Source: a virus
Taxonomy: Duplodnaviria > Caudoviricetes
Length of the DNA stretch: 44,125 nt
IMG/VR virus record: IMGVR_UViG_3300049924_000287
Coordinates: 1-44,125 of that record
Reading direction: 5' to 3' (one strand)
Shown here: piece after piece, positions 9,041 through 18,188 of the stretch
Layout of the letters: each line of letters opens with the position of its first letter
How positions within the stretch are numbered: position 1 is the first letter of the stretch
Program-made: the position numbers and the translations under genes
The notes under the pieces: generated by a model
Seen by the model: the letters and a program-made list of their open reading frames with translations, nothing else
Databases searched by the model: none
What the model was told of the DNA's origin: nothing

Positions 9041-12000
9041 ATGTCGTTCTGGAGTCGCCTTGGCGACGGGTTCGACAAGGCCAAGGGCGGCATCGGGGCT
9101 GCTTGGACCTGGGCACAGGAGGGCAAGCAAGACCGGATCGAAGCCGAGAAGAACAGCAACGACCCGCTCAGCCTGCTCTCTCGCAAGGTCATCGACCCGG
9201 TCTCGAACTTCTTCTGGGACAAGACGGGGAAGCCGTCGCTCGACGCGGTCAACACCGTAGCCGAGACCAGTAACCGTAGCCTCTCTACGTTCGGCCAGGT
9301 TGTAGCCGACGATCGTGGCATCGGGTCGGTGTTCAACTTCGCCAACCCCACGATCGTCAAAGACGCCTGGTCCCGCACGGGTCAGGACGTGACCGACACC
9401 GAAGGTAACCCGATCGAGGGAATCTCGGCCGGGCAGTCGCTGGTCGGCGGGTTTGCCGGGCTGCCGTTCGACAGCAGCCCGGACGCCGCCCGAGAGCGGC
9501 GGCAGTTCTTTCACGACACCTGGCAGGGGCAGTTGTCCTCGGGCGCGGTGGACCTGGCCACGGCTTGGTACCTCGACCCGCTGGTGCTGACCGGCAAGGG
9601 TGGCAAGGCTTTCGCCAAGGCGCAGATCAACGTCAAGCCCGCCGAGCGGGCGAACGCTCTGCGCATCGCCAAGGGTGAGACCGTGCTCGGCGCCACCAGG
9701 CGCGAGCAGCGGGCTGGCGCACGGCTGGCAGACTTGTACACGCGCACCGACGGTATGAGCGCCGGTGAGATTGCACTTCTGCCGGAGTTCGCCTCGACCA
9801 CCGATGCCGGTGCGTTCGCCTACTTCTTCGAGCGGGCGAACAAGTCCTTTATGGGCGACACCCCGGAGGCCATCGCCGCTCGGCACTCGATGAAGAACGA
9901 CGTCTGGGGTGCAGCGCTCGGCGAGCGCGGCGCGGTCCAGCGCCTGCGTGACCGCTCCGAGGATCTTGCGAACGAACTGGAGCGGCTGACTACCAAGCCC
10001 ATGCCCACCCTGGCGCACGAGCAGTTCTCCTGGGCCGACGGTGGCCAGGGGATGTTCAACATCGCACAGGAGACCGTGCCTCCGCTGACTCAGCGGCAGA
10101 TCGACGGCATCGAGCGCGAGATGGCTCGCCTCGAACGGATCATCGGCACCGGCGATGTGGCCGGTGCTGCGTTCTCCCCGACTACCCGGGTGGGCGCGAC
10201 CCTCAAGGAGACCTATCAGTCCGGCCGGGACCAGAACCGCATTCGTGAGTCCTGGTCTGACCTGTCGATGGCAGGTCGTCCGGTTCGGGTGGTCACCCGT
10301 TCCACCGGTGCGCGCCTGCCGGGGCACGTGAACATCAAGGACCCGAACGAAGGGCTCCAGCAGGTCACCGACTATGTGACCCAGTTGAAGTACTTCGACG
10401 GTGCGACCAAGCAGGGCTTCATCGACTCGTACGTTCGGGCTGCGACCGAGAACGGTCGCCGAGCGGTGGTCGACAAGATCGAGGCCGCGACGGTCACCAA
10501 GTACGGCGTCGAGATGGGCCTGTCCCCCGAGGCTGCCCGCAAGTTGCTCGACACCGTGCGCACCCGGCGTGCCGGGGTGCAGACCGTCCTCTCTTCGCGG
10601 CTTTACTCGGCCGCCCCGGAGGACAAGTTCATCGCCTTCCATGACCCGGAAGACGACATCACGCACGCCTTCTCCACGCCGCTCCTCCGGTCCCAGATCG
10701 AGGAGCACCACGCGCTGAGCGACCCTCGGATGATCGAGGCGGCGTTGAAGAAGGGCACCAACCGCAGGCTGTTCGAGGGGTTCCTTGGGCAGAAGACCCT
10801 GGACAACGCCGACGCTGTCGGCGGGATGCTCGACGAGGTTGCCTCTCGGACCACCAAGGTCTGGAAGGACGCCGCGCTGTTCCGGCTGGCCTACCCGCTT
10901 CGAGTGCAGATCGACACTCAGGGTCGGCTGATCACCCACATGGGGATGATGCAGTACCTGGCTATGGCCAAGTCCTCCTTCCCGGGTGCCGTGCGCTACG
11001 CGATCACCCGGAACGACGATGACATCATCCGCGCTGCGCGCAAGGCGATGGTCACCGGCAAGCAGGGCGAAGATGATCTGTTCTCGATCGTCACCTCTGC
11101 TGCCAGGAACGACGAAGAGATCACCCGGAACATCCGGGTGATCCAGTCCGAGGACGGCTCGATGGCCAACCTCGGCAACGAGATCAGCCAGAACACCCTC
11201 CGACGGCAGCGAGGGTCGAACGGCTGGGGCCGCGTAGAGACGGAGGACCCGAATTGGTACTCCTCCTACCTCCGCGCGGTGCAGCAGATCAAGTCCTCGC
11301 CCACGGCGATGAAGGCTATCCAGGACGATGACCTAGCCCGGCTGAAAGAGTTTGTGAATTCCGACCCGGCGGCTCGCAAGGAATGGATGGCCCTCGCTGA
11401 GGGAACTCCGTCCCAGGACGAGTGGCTGGCGAAGATCATCGCTCACGTGAACCACTACGCCCCGACCGCCGAACTCAAGCAGTTCGCGCTCAAGGGCAGA
11501 GTGTCGGACCTGGAGATCGGCGCCGTCGAGAAGGCTTTCTCTGCTGGGGCGGTTCGGGCCGAGGCTACGTCTCGGGTCGACGAACTCGGAGACGACCTGG
11601 AGTACGTAACCGGAAAGGCTCTCCAGCACCGCAGCGAGGCTACCGCCACCAAGGCTCGCGTCGAGGAACTCGCCGCCAAGGTCAAGACGCTCAAGGGCCA
11701 GCGCACAGCGGATGCCAAGGCGATCCGCCAGGAGCACCGGCAGGCGAAGACGTCTGCTCGCTCCGCGCTGGAGCAGGCGGTCCGGACTGAGAGCCACCTG
11801 GCTCAGATCAAGAAGTTGGCCAAAGGGGACGAGAGTCTCGCCCGGTCTGCTCAGAAGGTCCAGAACGTAACCCTCAACCCCGAAGCAAGCAAGGGGATGA
11901 CGGTCAAGGACCTGGAAGAGTACTTCTCTGGCAAGGGTCAGGGCAACCGCATGCCCGTGCATGGCGAGAAGCACAGCCCGCTGGCCAAGGACGGCTTGGC

Positions 12001-13822
12001 GGAATGGCACGAGCGCAACCGGCGCAAGTGGTACAAGTGGGCGTCCGACGTCCCCGAGACCATCATGGGTCGGAGCCCGCTGTACGCCTTCTCCTTCAAG
12101 CAGCACATGACCGAAGCGCTCCAGCGTCTCGACGGGTACGGTCCTCTGGAAACGATCCCCGAGGATGTCATCACCGCGATGCGCAAGGGCGCAGACCGGC
12201 GCGCGCGCCGGGATGTGGCCAACGTGCTGTTCGACACCAGCCACACCAGCAACCTCGCTCGGCACTTCCGCTACCTGAGCCCGTTCTTCTCCGCATGGGA
12301 AGACACCATGAAGAAGTGGGGCGGCTTGTTCTACGACAAGCCATGGGCGCTCCAGCGGTTTGGTCTGGCATGGGATGCACCGAACGCTGCGGGCATGGTG
12401 GTCGACTCCGAGGGGAACGTCGTTGACTCGAACGGCGATGCCTATGGCCCGGACGGAAAGGTTATCGACCGGAAGACCTACACCGGTGAAGGTGAGTACG
12501 TCGTCCTGCCGAAGTTCCTGTCCCCTCCGGGACTGGGCGGCGGGGGGCGGTTGCGGGTCCGCAAGGACTCGGTCAACATCATCTTCCAGGGGCAGCCCTG
12601 GTGGCTGCCGGGCTTCGGCCCGATGGTCCAGGTGCCGACCAACGAACTGGTGAAGCGGGCGTTCCCGAAGGAAGCGGACGACCCGGTGCTCCGGTACGTT
12701 CTGCCATTCGGGGTCAGCGACAACTCGGTGAGCAGCCAGTTCCTGCCAGCATGGGCGCGCCAGGCGCGCAACGCATTCGGCGGGACTCGCGAATACACCG
12801 ACGTCTACTCGATGTTCTTGGCGCAGGAGACTGCGCGCTACAGGAACGGCGAGCGGAAGACCCAGCCGACCGAGAGGGAACTCTCCAACCGCGCACGCAA
12901 CTGGTTCATTCTTGGTGCGGCGATGAAGAACGCAAGCGCGGTATCGGTTACTCCGACGCCGCGCACGCAGTTCTACATCGAGCGGGCTCGACAGTATCGG
13001 AACGAGTACTTCGCGGACCCGAAGTCTTACGAGGCTTCACACGGCGGGAACAACTGGCAGGCCCAGTATCTCGACGATTTCCCGGAGTACTTCGAGATGT
13101 CGATGACCTTGACCAAAAACGAGACCGGCATCCAGGCTACCGACAACGGGTACGACGCGATCCAGAAGTACCACAACGTAATCGCGAAGAACCCCGAGTT
13201 CGGCTGGATGATCGCGGGTCCTGAGAACACCGGAGAGTTCAGTGCCGGTGTGTACAACTGGATGAAGGTGACCTCCACCGGAGAGGGCAGCGGAAAGAAC
13301 TTCCTTAGCCGCCTGTCGCCGGACGAAGCGCTCAAGAAGGTCCAGGCCGAGAAGGGCTGGATCGAGTACATCCGGGCGGTTCGTGGGATCGACGTCATGC
13401 TCGAACAGCGTGGCATGTCGATCAGGGACAAGGGTGCTGCGGATCTCGCAGCGACCAAGCGGGAGTTGGTTGCCCAACTGTCGGCCGAGAACCCGGCGTG
13501 GCGTGAGGACTTCCTCGATCGCGACGGTGGCAAGGTCGAGAAGTTGATCACCGTAGCCCGGTCCTCCTGGAAGGACAGCCCGGAACTGGCCAAGCGCCAG
13601 GACCAGGTGGCACTCCAGCAGTACATCGAAGGACGCAACGCGATCCGCAAGGAACTGGCGGCGCGCAAGAGCGGCATCGGTAACACCGACAACGCCGACC
13701 TGGCTGCGGCCTGGACGGCGTTCACCACCCAGTTGGTTCGCGAGAACCTTGGGTTCGAGGAGATGTGGAGTCGCGTCCTCGAACGCGACGACCTCAACAA
13801 GGAGTTGCTGATCAGTGGCTGA
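9041..13822 (+). CDS. Large internal virion (ejection) protein
   Basis: 1593 aa, helical character, between portal and wall hydrolases; function inferred from position. Confidence 0.65.
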   Translation: MSFWSRLGDGFDKAKGGIGAAWTWAQEGKQDRIEAEKNSNDPLSLLSRKVIDPVSNFFWDKTGKPSLDAVNTVAETSNRSLSTFGQVVADDRGIGSVFNFANPTIVKDAWSRTGQDVTDTEGNPIEGISAGQSLVGGFAGLPFDSSPDAARERRQFFHDTWQGQLSSGAVDLATAWYLDPLVLTGKGGKAFAKAQINVKPAERANALRIAKGETVLGATRREQRAGARLADLYTRTDGMSAGEIALLPEFASTTDAGAFAYFFERANKSFMGDTPEAIAARHSMKNDVWGAALGERGAVQRLRDRSEDLANELERLTTKPMPTLAHEQFSWADGGQGMFNIAQETVPPLTQRQIDGIEREMARLERIIGTGDVAGAAFSPTTRVGATLKETYQSGRDQNRIRESWSDLSMAGRPVRVVTRSTGARLPGHVNIKDPNEGLQQVTDYVTQLKYFDGATKQGFIDSYVRAATENGRRAVVDKIEAATVTKYGVEMGLSPEAARKLLDTVRTRRAGVQTVLSSRLYSAAPEDKFIAFHDPEDDITHAFSTPLLRSQIEEHHALSDPRMIEAALKKGTNRRLFEGFLGQKTLDNADAVGGMLDEVASRTTKVWKDAALFRLAYPLRVQIDTQGRLITHMGMMQYLAMAKSSFPGAVRYAITRNDDDIIRAARKAMVTGKQGEDDLFSIVTSAARNDEEITRNIRVIQSEDGSMANLGNEISQNTLRRQRGSNGWGRVETEDPNWYSSYLRAVQQIKSSPTAMKAIQDDDLARLKEFVNSDPAARKEWMALAEGTPSQDEWLAKIIAHVNHYAPTAELKQFALKGRVSDLEIGAVEKAFSAGAVRAEATSRVDELGDDLEYVTGKALQHRSEATATKARVEELAAKVKTLKGQRTADAKAIRQEHRQAKTSARSALEQAVRTESHLAQIKKLAKGDESLARSAQKVQNVTLNPEASKGMTVKDLEEYFSGKGQGNRMPVHGEKHSPLAKDGLAEWHERNRRKWYKWASDVPETIMGRSPLYAFSFKQHMTEALQRLDGYGPLETIPEDVITAMRKGADRRARRDVANVLFDTSHTSNLARHFRYLSPFFSAWEDTMKKWGGLFYDKPWALQRFGLAWDAPNAAGMVVDSEGNVVDSNGDAYGPDGKVIDRKTYTGEGEYVVLPKFLSPPGLGGGGRLRVRKDSVNIIFQGQPWWLPGFGPMVQVPTNELVKRAFPKEADDPVLRYVLPFGVSDNSVSSQFLPAWARQARNAFGGTREYTDVYSMFLAQETARYRNGERKTQPTERELSNRARNWFILGAAMKNASAVSVTPTPRTQFYIERARQYRNEYFADPKSYEASHGGNNWQAQYLDDFPEYFEMSMTLTKNETGIQATDNGYDAIQKYHNVIAKNPEFGWMIAGPENTGEFSAGVYNWMKVTSTGEGSGKNFLSRLSPDEALKKVQAEKGWIEYIRAVRGIDVMLEQRGMSIRDKGAADLAATKRELVAQLSAENPAWREDFLDRDGGKVEKLITVARSSWKDSPELAKRQDQVALQQYIEGRNAIRKELAARKSGIGNTDNADLAAAWTAFTTQLVRENLGFEEMWSRVLERDDLNKELLISG

Positions 13823-14570
13823 GACATGGCAGGAGATCCTGGCCAGGAACCAGGCTGCTGGCCCGCTGGCCACCAGTACCACTCCGACGGTGTTCATGGG
13901 GAAGGGCGCCTCCCGCGTCGACAAGACGCGGGACGCCCTGATCCCGGGTACCGCTTCCGACCGAGTGCAGGATCTGCCGTCGGCGAAGTTGGAGTTCTTC
14001 AAAGATGAAGATCTCCGGATGCGCTGGCAGGAGGAGTTGTACCGGCTCGGTCTGACGAAGTCGCCCGACGACTTCGAGACCTCGCTCTCCGCCTGGGAGA
14101 AGGCGGTCGAACTCGCGGCCCAGTACCACCAGGTGGGCAAGAACGTCACCCCCTGGCAGGTGCTTGACCTGGTTGCTGGCAAGGGCGGCAGGATTCAGAC
14201 GAACGGCCCGAAGACTACGGTCTCCAGGTCCAAGTCCACAGACATGCCAACCGCCGGTGACATCGACCACTCGACCCGCTCGATCTTCCAGGAGCAGATG
14301 GGCCGGGACCCGACCGAGTCGGAACTCGCCCGTTACCGGGGCATCGCGCTCCGCGAGGCGAAGCGCAACCCGGCGATCGTCACCACCACAACCACCACCG
14401 ACCCCGACGGCAACTCGACTTCGACGAGCACCCGGCAGGGTGGGTTCACCGCGAACGACCTGGCCGAGGCTCAGACCAAGAACGCGAGCGACGACCCGGA
14501 GCACGGCGCCTACCAGGCGTCTACGTTCTACTTCAACGCGCTGCTCGACGCGATCGGACCAGGAGCCTAG
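13815..14570 (+). CDS. Hypothetical internal virion protein
   Basis: 251 aa; AAGGAG RBS; overlaps previous stop. Confidence 0.7.
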   Translation: MAETWQEILARNQAAGPLATSTTPTVFMGKGASRVDKTRDALIPGTASDRVQDLPSAKLEFFKDEDLRMRWQEELYRLGLTKSPDDFETSLSAWEKAVELAAQYHQVGKNVTPWQVLDLVAGKGGRIQTNGPKTTVSRSKSTDMPTAGDIDHSTRSIFQEQMGRDPTESELARYRGIALREAKRNPAIVTTTTTTDPDGNSTSTSTRQGGFTANDLAEAQTKNASDDPEHGAYQASTFYFNALLDAIGPGA

Positions 14571-15200
14571 ATGAGCCTCATGATGCCAGACCCGCTGGGG
14601 GTCGACACCTCTCTCGGGTCTGGCACTGAGGGCAACGACATCCTCGCCGCCGGGAATGAGAACCCGATCCTCGCGCCGTTCGAGATCCCCGAGATCCCAG
14701 ACGTCGCTGGCCCGGCTAGCACTACCACCACTACTTTCACCCCCGGACCCAGCGGTGGTGGCGGTGGCCCCCGGCAGACCACGGTGGCCGGGGGCGCGCG
14801 GGGTGCCGTGGTCGACTTCGCAACCAAGTTCCTCGGTGACCCGTACGTCTGGGGAGGGACCCGCCCTGGCGGGTTCGACTGCTCGGGGTTGCTCCAGTAT
14901 GTCCTGGCCAAGGCTGGCAAGATCAACCTACCGCGCATCTCGGCGCAGCAGGCGAGATTCGGCAACCGAGTCGGCTACAAGGAACTCAGGGCTGGCGACC
15001 TGGTTGCCTGGGACAACTCAAGCCGGAATAACGGCGCAGACCACATCGCCCTGTACATCGGGAACGGTTGGATCATCGAGGCGCCGCGCGCCGGGCTAAA
15101 CGTCCGGAAGCGGTTCATCGGCAGAGATCTGGACGGCGGCTGGGGCGTCCACATCCGCTACACCGGCGACACCGCTGGCTCCACTCGCAGACCGGTCTAA
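14571..15200 (+). CDS. NlpC/P60 peptidoglycan hydrolase
   Basis: GDPYVWGG...GFDCSGL...AGDLV...HIALYIGNG.IIEA. Confidence 0.93.
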   Translation: MSLMMPDPLGVDTSLGSGTEGNDILAAGNENPILAPFEIPEIPDVAGPASTTTTTFTPGPSGGGGGPRQTTVAGGARGAVVDFATKFLGDPYVWGGTRPGGFDCSGLLQYVLAKAGKINLPRISAQQARFGNRVGYKELRAGDLVAWDNSSRNNGADHIALYIGNGWIIEAPRAGLNVRKRFIGRDLDGGWGVHIRYTGDTAGSTRRPV

Positions 15201-15210
15201 GGGAGCAGTC

Positions 15211-16479
15211 GTGGCAATCTCGTTCGACGCTTTCTTTCAGGCTATCGCGGGGCAGGAGTCCGGCGGTAACTACCGGGCGGTCAACAAGTCGTCCGGCGCG
15301 CTTGGCAAGTACCAGATCATGCCACGAAACGTGCCCTCCTGGTCGCGCCGGTACCTGGGTAAAACCATCACCCCCTCGCAGTTTCTTGCCAGCCCGAAAC
15401 TACAGGACCAACTCGCTCGCGCGGTACTCGGCGACTACTTCAAGCGCTTCGGTCCGGAGGGTGCTGCGGCTACCTGGTATTCGGGTAGCCCTAAGCGAAA
15501 GAACGACTTCACCCCGCTCAAGAACGGCAGCGGCCCTAGCGTAGGGGACTACGTTAGGCAGGTACTCGCCAGGGTCACCGGCGGTGGGGCAACTAGACCG
15601 AGTGGAGCGAGAGTGCCTGGACCAACACTTCAAGAGGACAAACTCGCCGAGTACGGGTTCGCACTCTCGTTCCTCCAGTCCAACCCGGAACTCTTCCGCT
15701 TGTTCAAGCAGGCGGTCGCTGGCAACTGGGACGCCGCCAAGTTCCAGGCCCGACTCAAGTCGACCGGCTGGTACAAGAAGAACGGCGACGCCGCCCGACA
15801 GTGGGCGCTGCTCCAGAAGTCCGACCCGGCCACCGCCGCTCAGCGATCCGCTCAGGTGTACGCCCAGGTCAAGGACGCCGCAGCCCAGATGGGCAGCCAG
15901 GTGGTCAGCAAGACCATCTCGGCAGTCGCGATCAACGCGCTGCGGTTCAACTGGAACGACAACCAGATCCGCGAGGTCCTCGCGAAGTACGTGCACAACC
16001 GCAACGGCGCCTACGCCGGGGCGGCGGCCACAGATGCCGAAGCGCTCAAGCAGAGCGCCTGGCGCAACGGGATCAACATCCCGTCATCCACGATCCAGAA
16101 GTGGGTGCAGGGTATCGCGGCCGGGAACATGACCAAAGAAGGGTTCATCGCGTCGATGCGGAAGCAGGCGACCAGCCTGGCTCCGATGTTCGCCGACGAA
16201 CTCGGCTCGGGCATGGACCTCTACGACATCGCCCAGCCGTACATCGCGTCGGCGGCAAAGATCCTGGAGAAGAACCCAGCGACCCTGGATCTGTTCGACC
16301 CGAGGATCCGTGGCGCACTCAGCGCCAAGGGTGCTGACGGCAAGCCAGCGAGCAAGTCGATCTGGCAGTTCGAGCAGGACCTGCGCAAGGATCCTGAGTG
16401 GCTCAAGACGCAGAACGCCCAGGATTCGCTGATGACCACCGGCCGCAAGGTTCTTCAAGACTTCGGCTTCAAGTTCTAA
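15211..16479 (+). CDS. Virion protein with N-terminal lysozyme-like/lytic transglycosylase domain
   Basis: AIAGQESGGNYRAVNKSSGALGKYQIM with catalytic Glu-Ser and G.YQ motifs. Confidence 0.8.
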   Translation: MAISFDAFFQAIAGQESGGNYRAVNKSSGALGKYQIMPRNVPSWSRRYLGKTITPSQFLASPKLQDQLARAVLGDYFKRFGPEGAAATWYSGSPKRKNDFTPLKNGSGPSVGDYVRQVLARVTGGGATRPSGARVPGPTLQEDKLAEYGFALSFLQSNPELFRLFKQAVAGNWDAAKFQARLKSTGWYKKNGDAARQWALLQKSDPATAAQRSAQVYAQVKDAAAQMGSQVVSKTISAVAINALRFNWNDNQIREVLAKYVHNRNGAYAGAAATDAEALKQSAWRNGINIPSSTIQKWVQGIAAGNMTKEGFIASMRKQATSLAPMFADELGSGMDLYDIAQPYIASAAKILEKNPATLDLFDPRIRGALSAKGADGKPASKSIWQFEQDLRKDPEWLKTQNAQDSLMTTGRKVLQDFGFKF

Positions 16480-16488
16480 GGAGGCACC

Positions 16489-17385
16489 GTGGCAGTCGTT
16501 CTCGGCGGCCAGTTCGGCAACGGCCTCCCGACCAACAGGATCGGCGGGTCGAACACCGACTTCCTGGCGGGACTCGAAGGGCCGAAGCGTGATGCAGCGG
16601 CAGCGCTGATCGCGCTGTTCAAGCAGTACGGCCTGGAGTCCCTGGCTGGCCAGATCGTCAGCATGATTCAGGCTGGCGAGGCTGCTGACACGATCACCCT
16701 GCGCCTCCAGGAAACCCCGGAGTACAAGCAGCGGTTCGCCGGGAACGAAGCCCGGCGGGCGAAGGGCCTACCGGTTCTCAGCCCGGCCGAGTACATCTCG
16801 ACCGAGCGCTCGTACCGCCAGATCATGGCGGGCTCCGGGTTGCCGATCGGGTTCTACGACACTCCGGCGGACTTCCAGAGTTTCCTGGAGAACGACATCG
16901 CTCCGACGGAACTCAAGGCCCGGGTCGATCAGGCGTTCATCGCGATGGACTCTTTCGACAAGCCGACGCTCGACTACTTCCGGCAGCACTACACCACCGG
17001 TGAGATCGCCGCATTCTTCCTCGACCCGAACAAGGCGCAGCCGCTGATTGACCAGGCATTCCGCTCTTCGCAGATCGGCGGGGCCGCTGCTCGCAACGGC
17101 GTCGGCGGAGTCGACGCTGAGCGCCTGGCGAAGTTGGGCGTCACCGGCCAGCAGGCCGACCAGGGCTTTGCTCAGATCGGACAGGAACTGCCGACGCTGA
17201 CGAAGTTGAACGACATCTACGGCGGCGACTACGCCCAGCAGGATCTCGTCCAGGAAGTCTTCCAGGGTGACGCTGCGGCCAGCACCAAGCGGCGCAAGTT
17301 GCAGTCTCAGGAGCGCGCCGCGTTCTCCGGCCAGTCCGGAACCGGCAAGACGTCTCTCCAGCAGAGCGGGAGCGGGTCCATCTAA
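16489..17385 (+). CDS. Hypothetical internal virion protein
   Basis: 298 aa; AAGGAGG RBS; in ejection-protein block. Confidence 0.7.
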   Translation: MAVVLGGQFGNGLPTNRIGGSNTDFLAGLEGPKRDAAAALIALFKQYGLESLAGQIVSMIQAGEAADTITLRLQETPEYKQRFAGNEARRAKGLPVLSPAEYISTERSYRQIMAGSGLPIGFYDTPADFQSFLENDIAPTELKARVDQAFIAMDSFDKPTLDYFRQHYTTGEIAAFFLDPNKAQPLIDQAFRSSQIGGAAARNGVGGVDAERLAKLGVTGQQADQGFAQIGQELPTLTKLNDIYGGDYAQQDLVQEVFQGDAAASTKRRKLQSQERAAFSGQSGTGKTSLQQSGSGSI

Positions 17386-17414
17386 CGCACCACCAAGGAG
17401 CCTCTAGCACCACA

Positions 17415-17493
17415 GGGGGCGATTGGATATCGCCCCGCTCGAAAGCCGCATGCGGCACGAGCGGGTACCCGGGTTCGATTCCCGGCGCCTCCA
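17415..17493 (+). ncRNA. Mini tmRNA-like RNA (tRNA-like domain only)
   Basis: Acceptor GGGGGCG/CGCCTCC with G3.U70 and discriminator A; T arm CCGGG-TTCGATT-CCCGG; stemless D loop; 8-bp helix CCCGCTCG/CGAGCGGG; 3-nt linker; no tag ORF. Confidence 0.7.
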
Positions 17494-17616
17494 CTCCAGC
17501 ACCACCATCGACCGGCCGGTGGGCTGCGTATTAGACCGGTAGGAAGAGCCAGACCAGGACCCCCCTGTCCTTGACTGCGGCTTCCGTCAGACGAAACAAC
17601 ACAGGGAGTAAGTCGC

Positions 17617-18162
17617 ATGAGCGGCAATGACTGGGACGACGACGACGACGACTTCGGCGACAGCAACGGGATCAAGCAACTCCGCAAGCAGTACAAGGAG
17701 ATGCAGGCAGCCCTCACTGCTGAGCGGGAGAAGAACGCAGAACTGGCCGCGCGGGTCAGGTCTCGCGAACTCGCTGACGTCCTGTCGACCAAGGGTGTGA
17801 ACCCGAAGGCAGCGAAGTTCTTCCCTAGGGACACTGACCCCACCCCCGAGGCGATCGAAGCCTGGCTCAAGGAGAACGAGGACATCCTCCCGTTCGCCAA
17901 GAAGAGCGAGGAAGAGGCGCCCCCGGAGAAGGGCAACGAGTCCCAGGAGCAGAACGACCCACAGCAGCAGCGTCCTCCGCTGCCGGATCCCAATCTGGCA
18001 GATGACTGGACACGGCTTGCCCAGGTCACCGGTGCCGGAGCGATCACCCCCGACCTCCAGGGAGTGAGGGAGAAGGCGCTGCGAGAACTCGCAGCCGACC
18101 AGACCCTGAGCCCCGAGGAGTTCGCTCAGAGGGTTGATGCAGTCCTCAAGCAGCAGGGCTGA
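17617..18162 (+). CDS. Capsid scaffolding protein
   Basis: Acidic N-terminus, coiled coil, WLKENEDI; directly before capsid gene. Confidence 0.8.
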   Translation: MSGNDWDDDDDDFGDSNGIKQLRKQYKEMQAALTAEREKNAELAARVRSRELADVLSTKGVNPKAAKFFPRDTDPTPEAIEAWLKENEDILPFAKKSEEEAPPEKGNESQEQNDPQQQRPPLPDPNLADDWTRLAQVTGAGAITPDLQGVREKALRELAADQTLSPEEFAQRVDAVLKQQG

Positions 18163-18188
18163 CACCTAGAACCAGAACGGAGTAAGAC

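Noticed and set aside
8933-10939. 668-aa antisense ORF and similar long shadow ORFs
   Set aside because: Mirror frames of real genes caused by GC3 bias
9041-13822. Tape measure protein or virion RNA polymerase
   Set aside because: No tail tube or chaperone genes, no tape-measure repeats and no polymerase motifs recognised
17415-17493. Canonical tRNA-Ala, or an attP copy of the host ssrA 3' end
   Set aside because: No D stem or 5-bp/7-nt anticodon arm; both 5' and 3' acceptor strands are present and no integrase is visible
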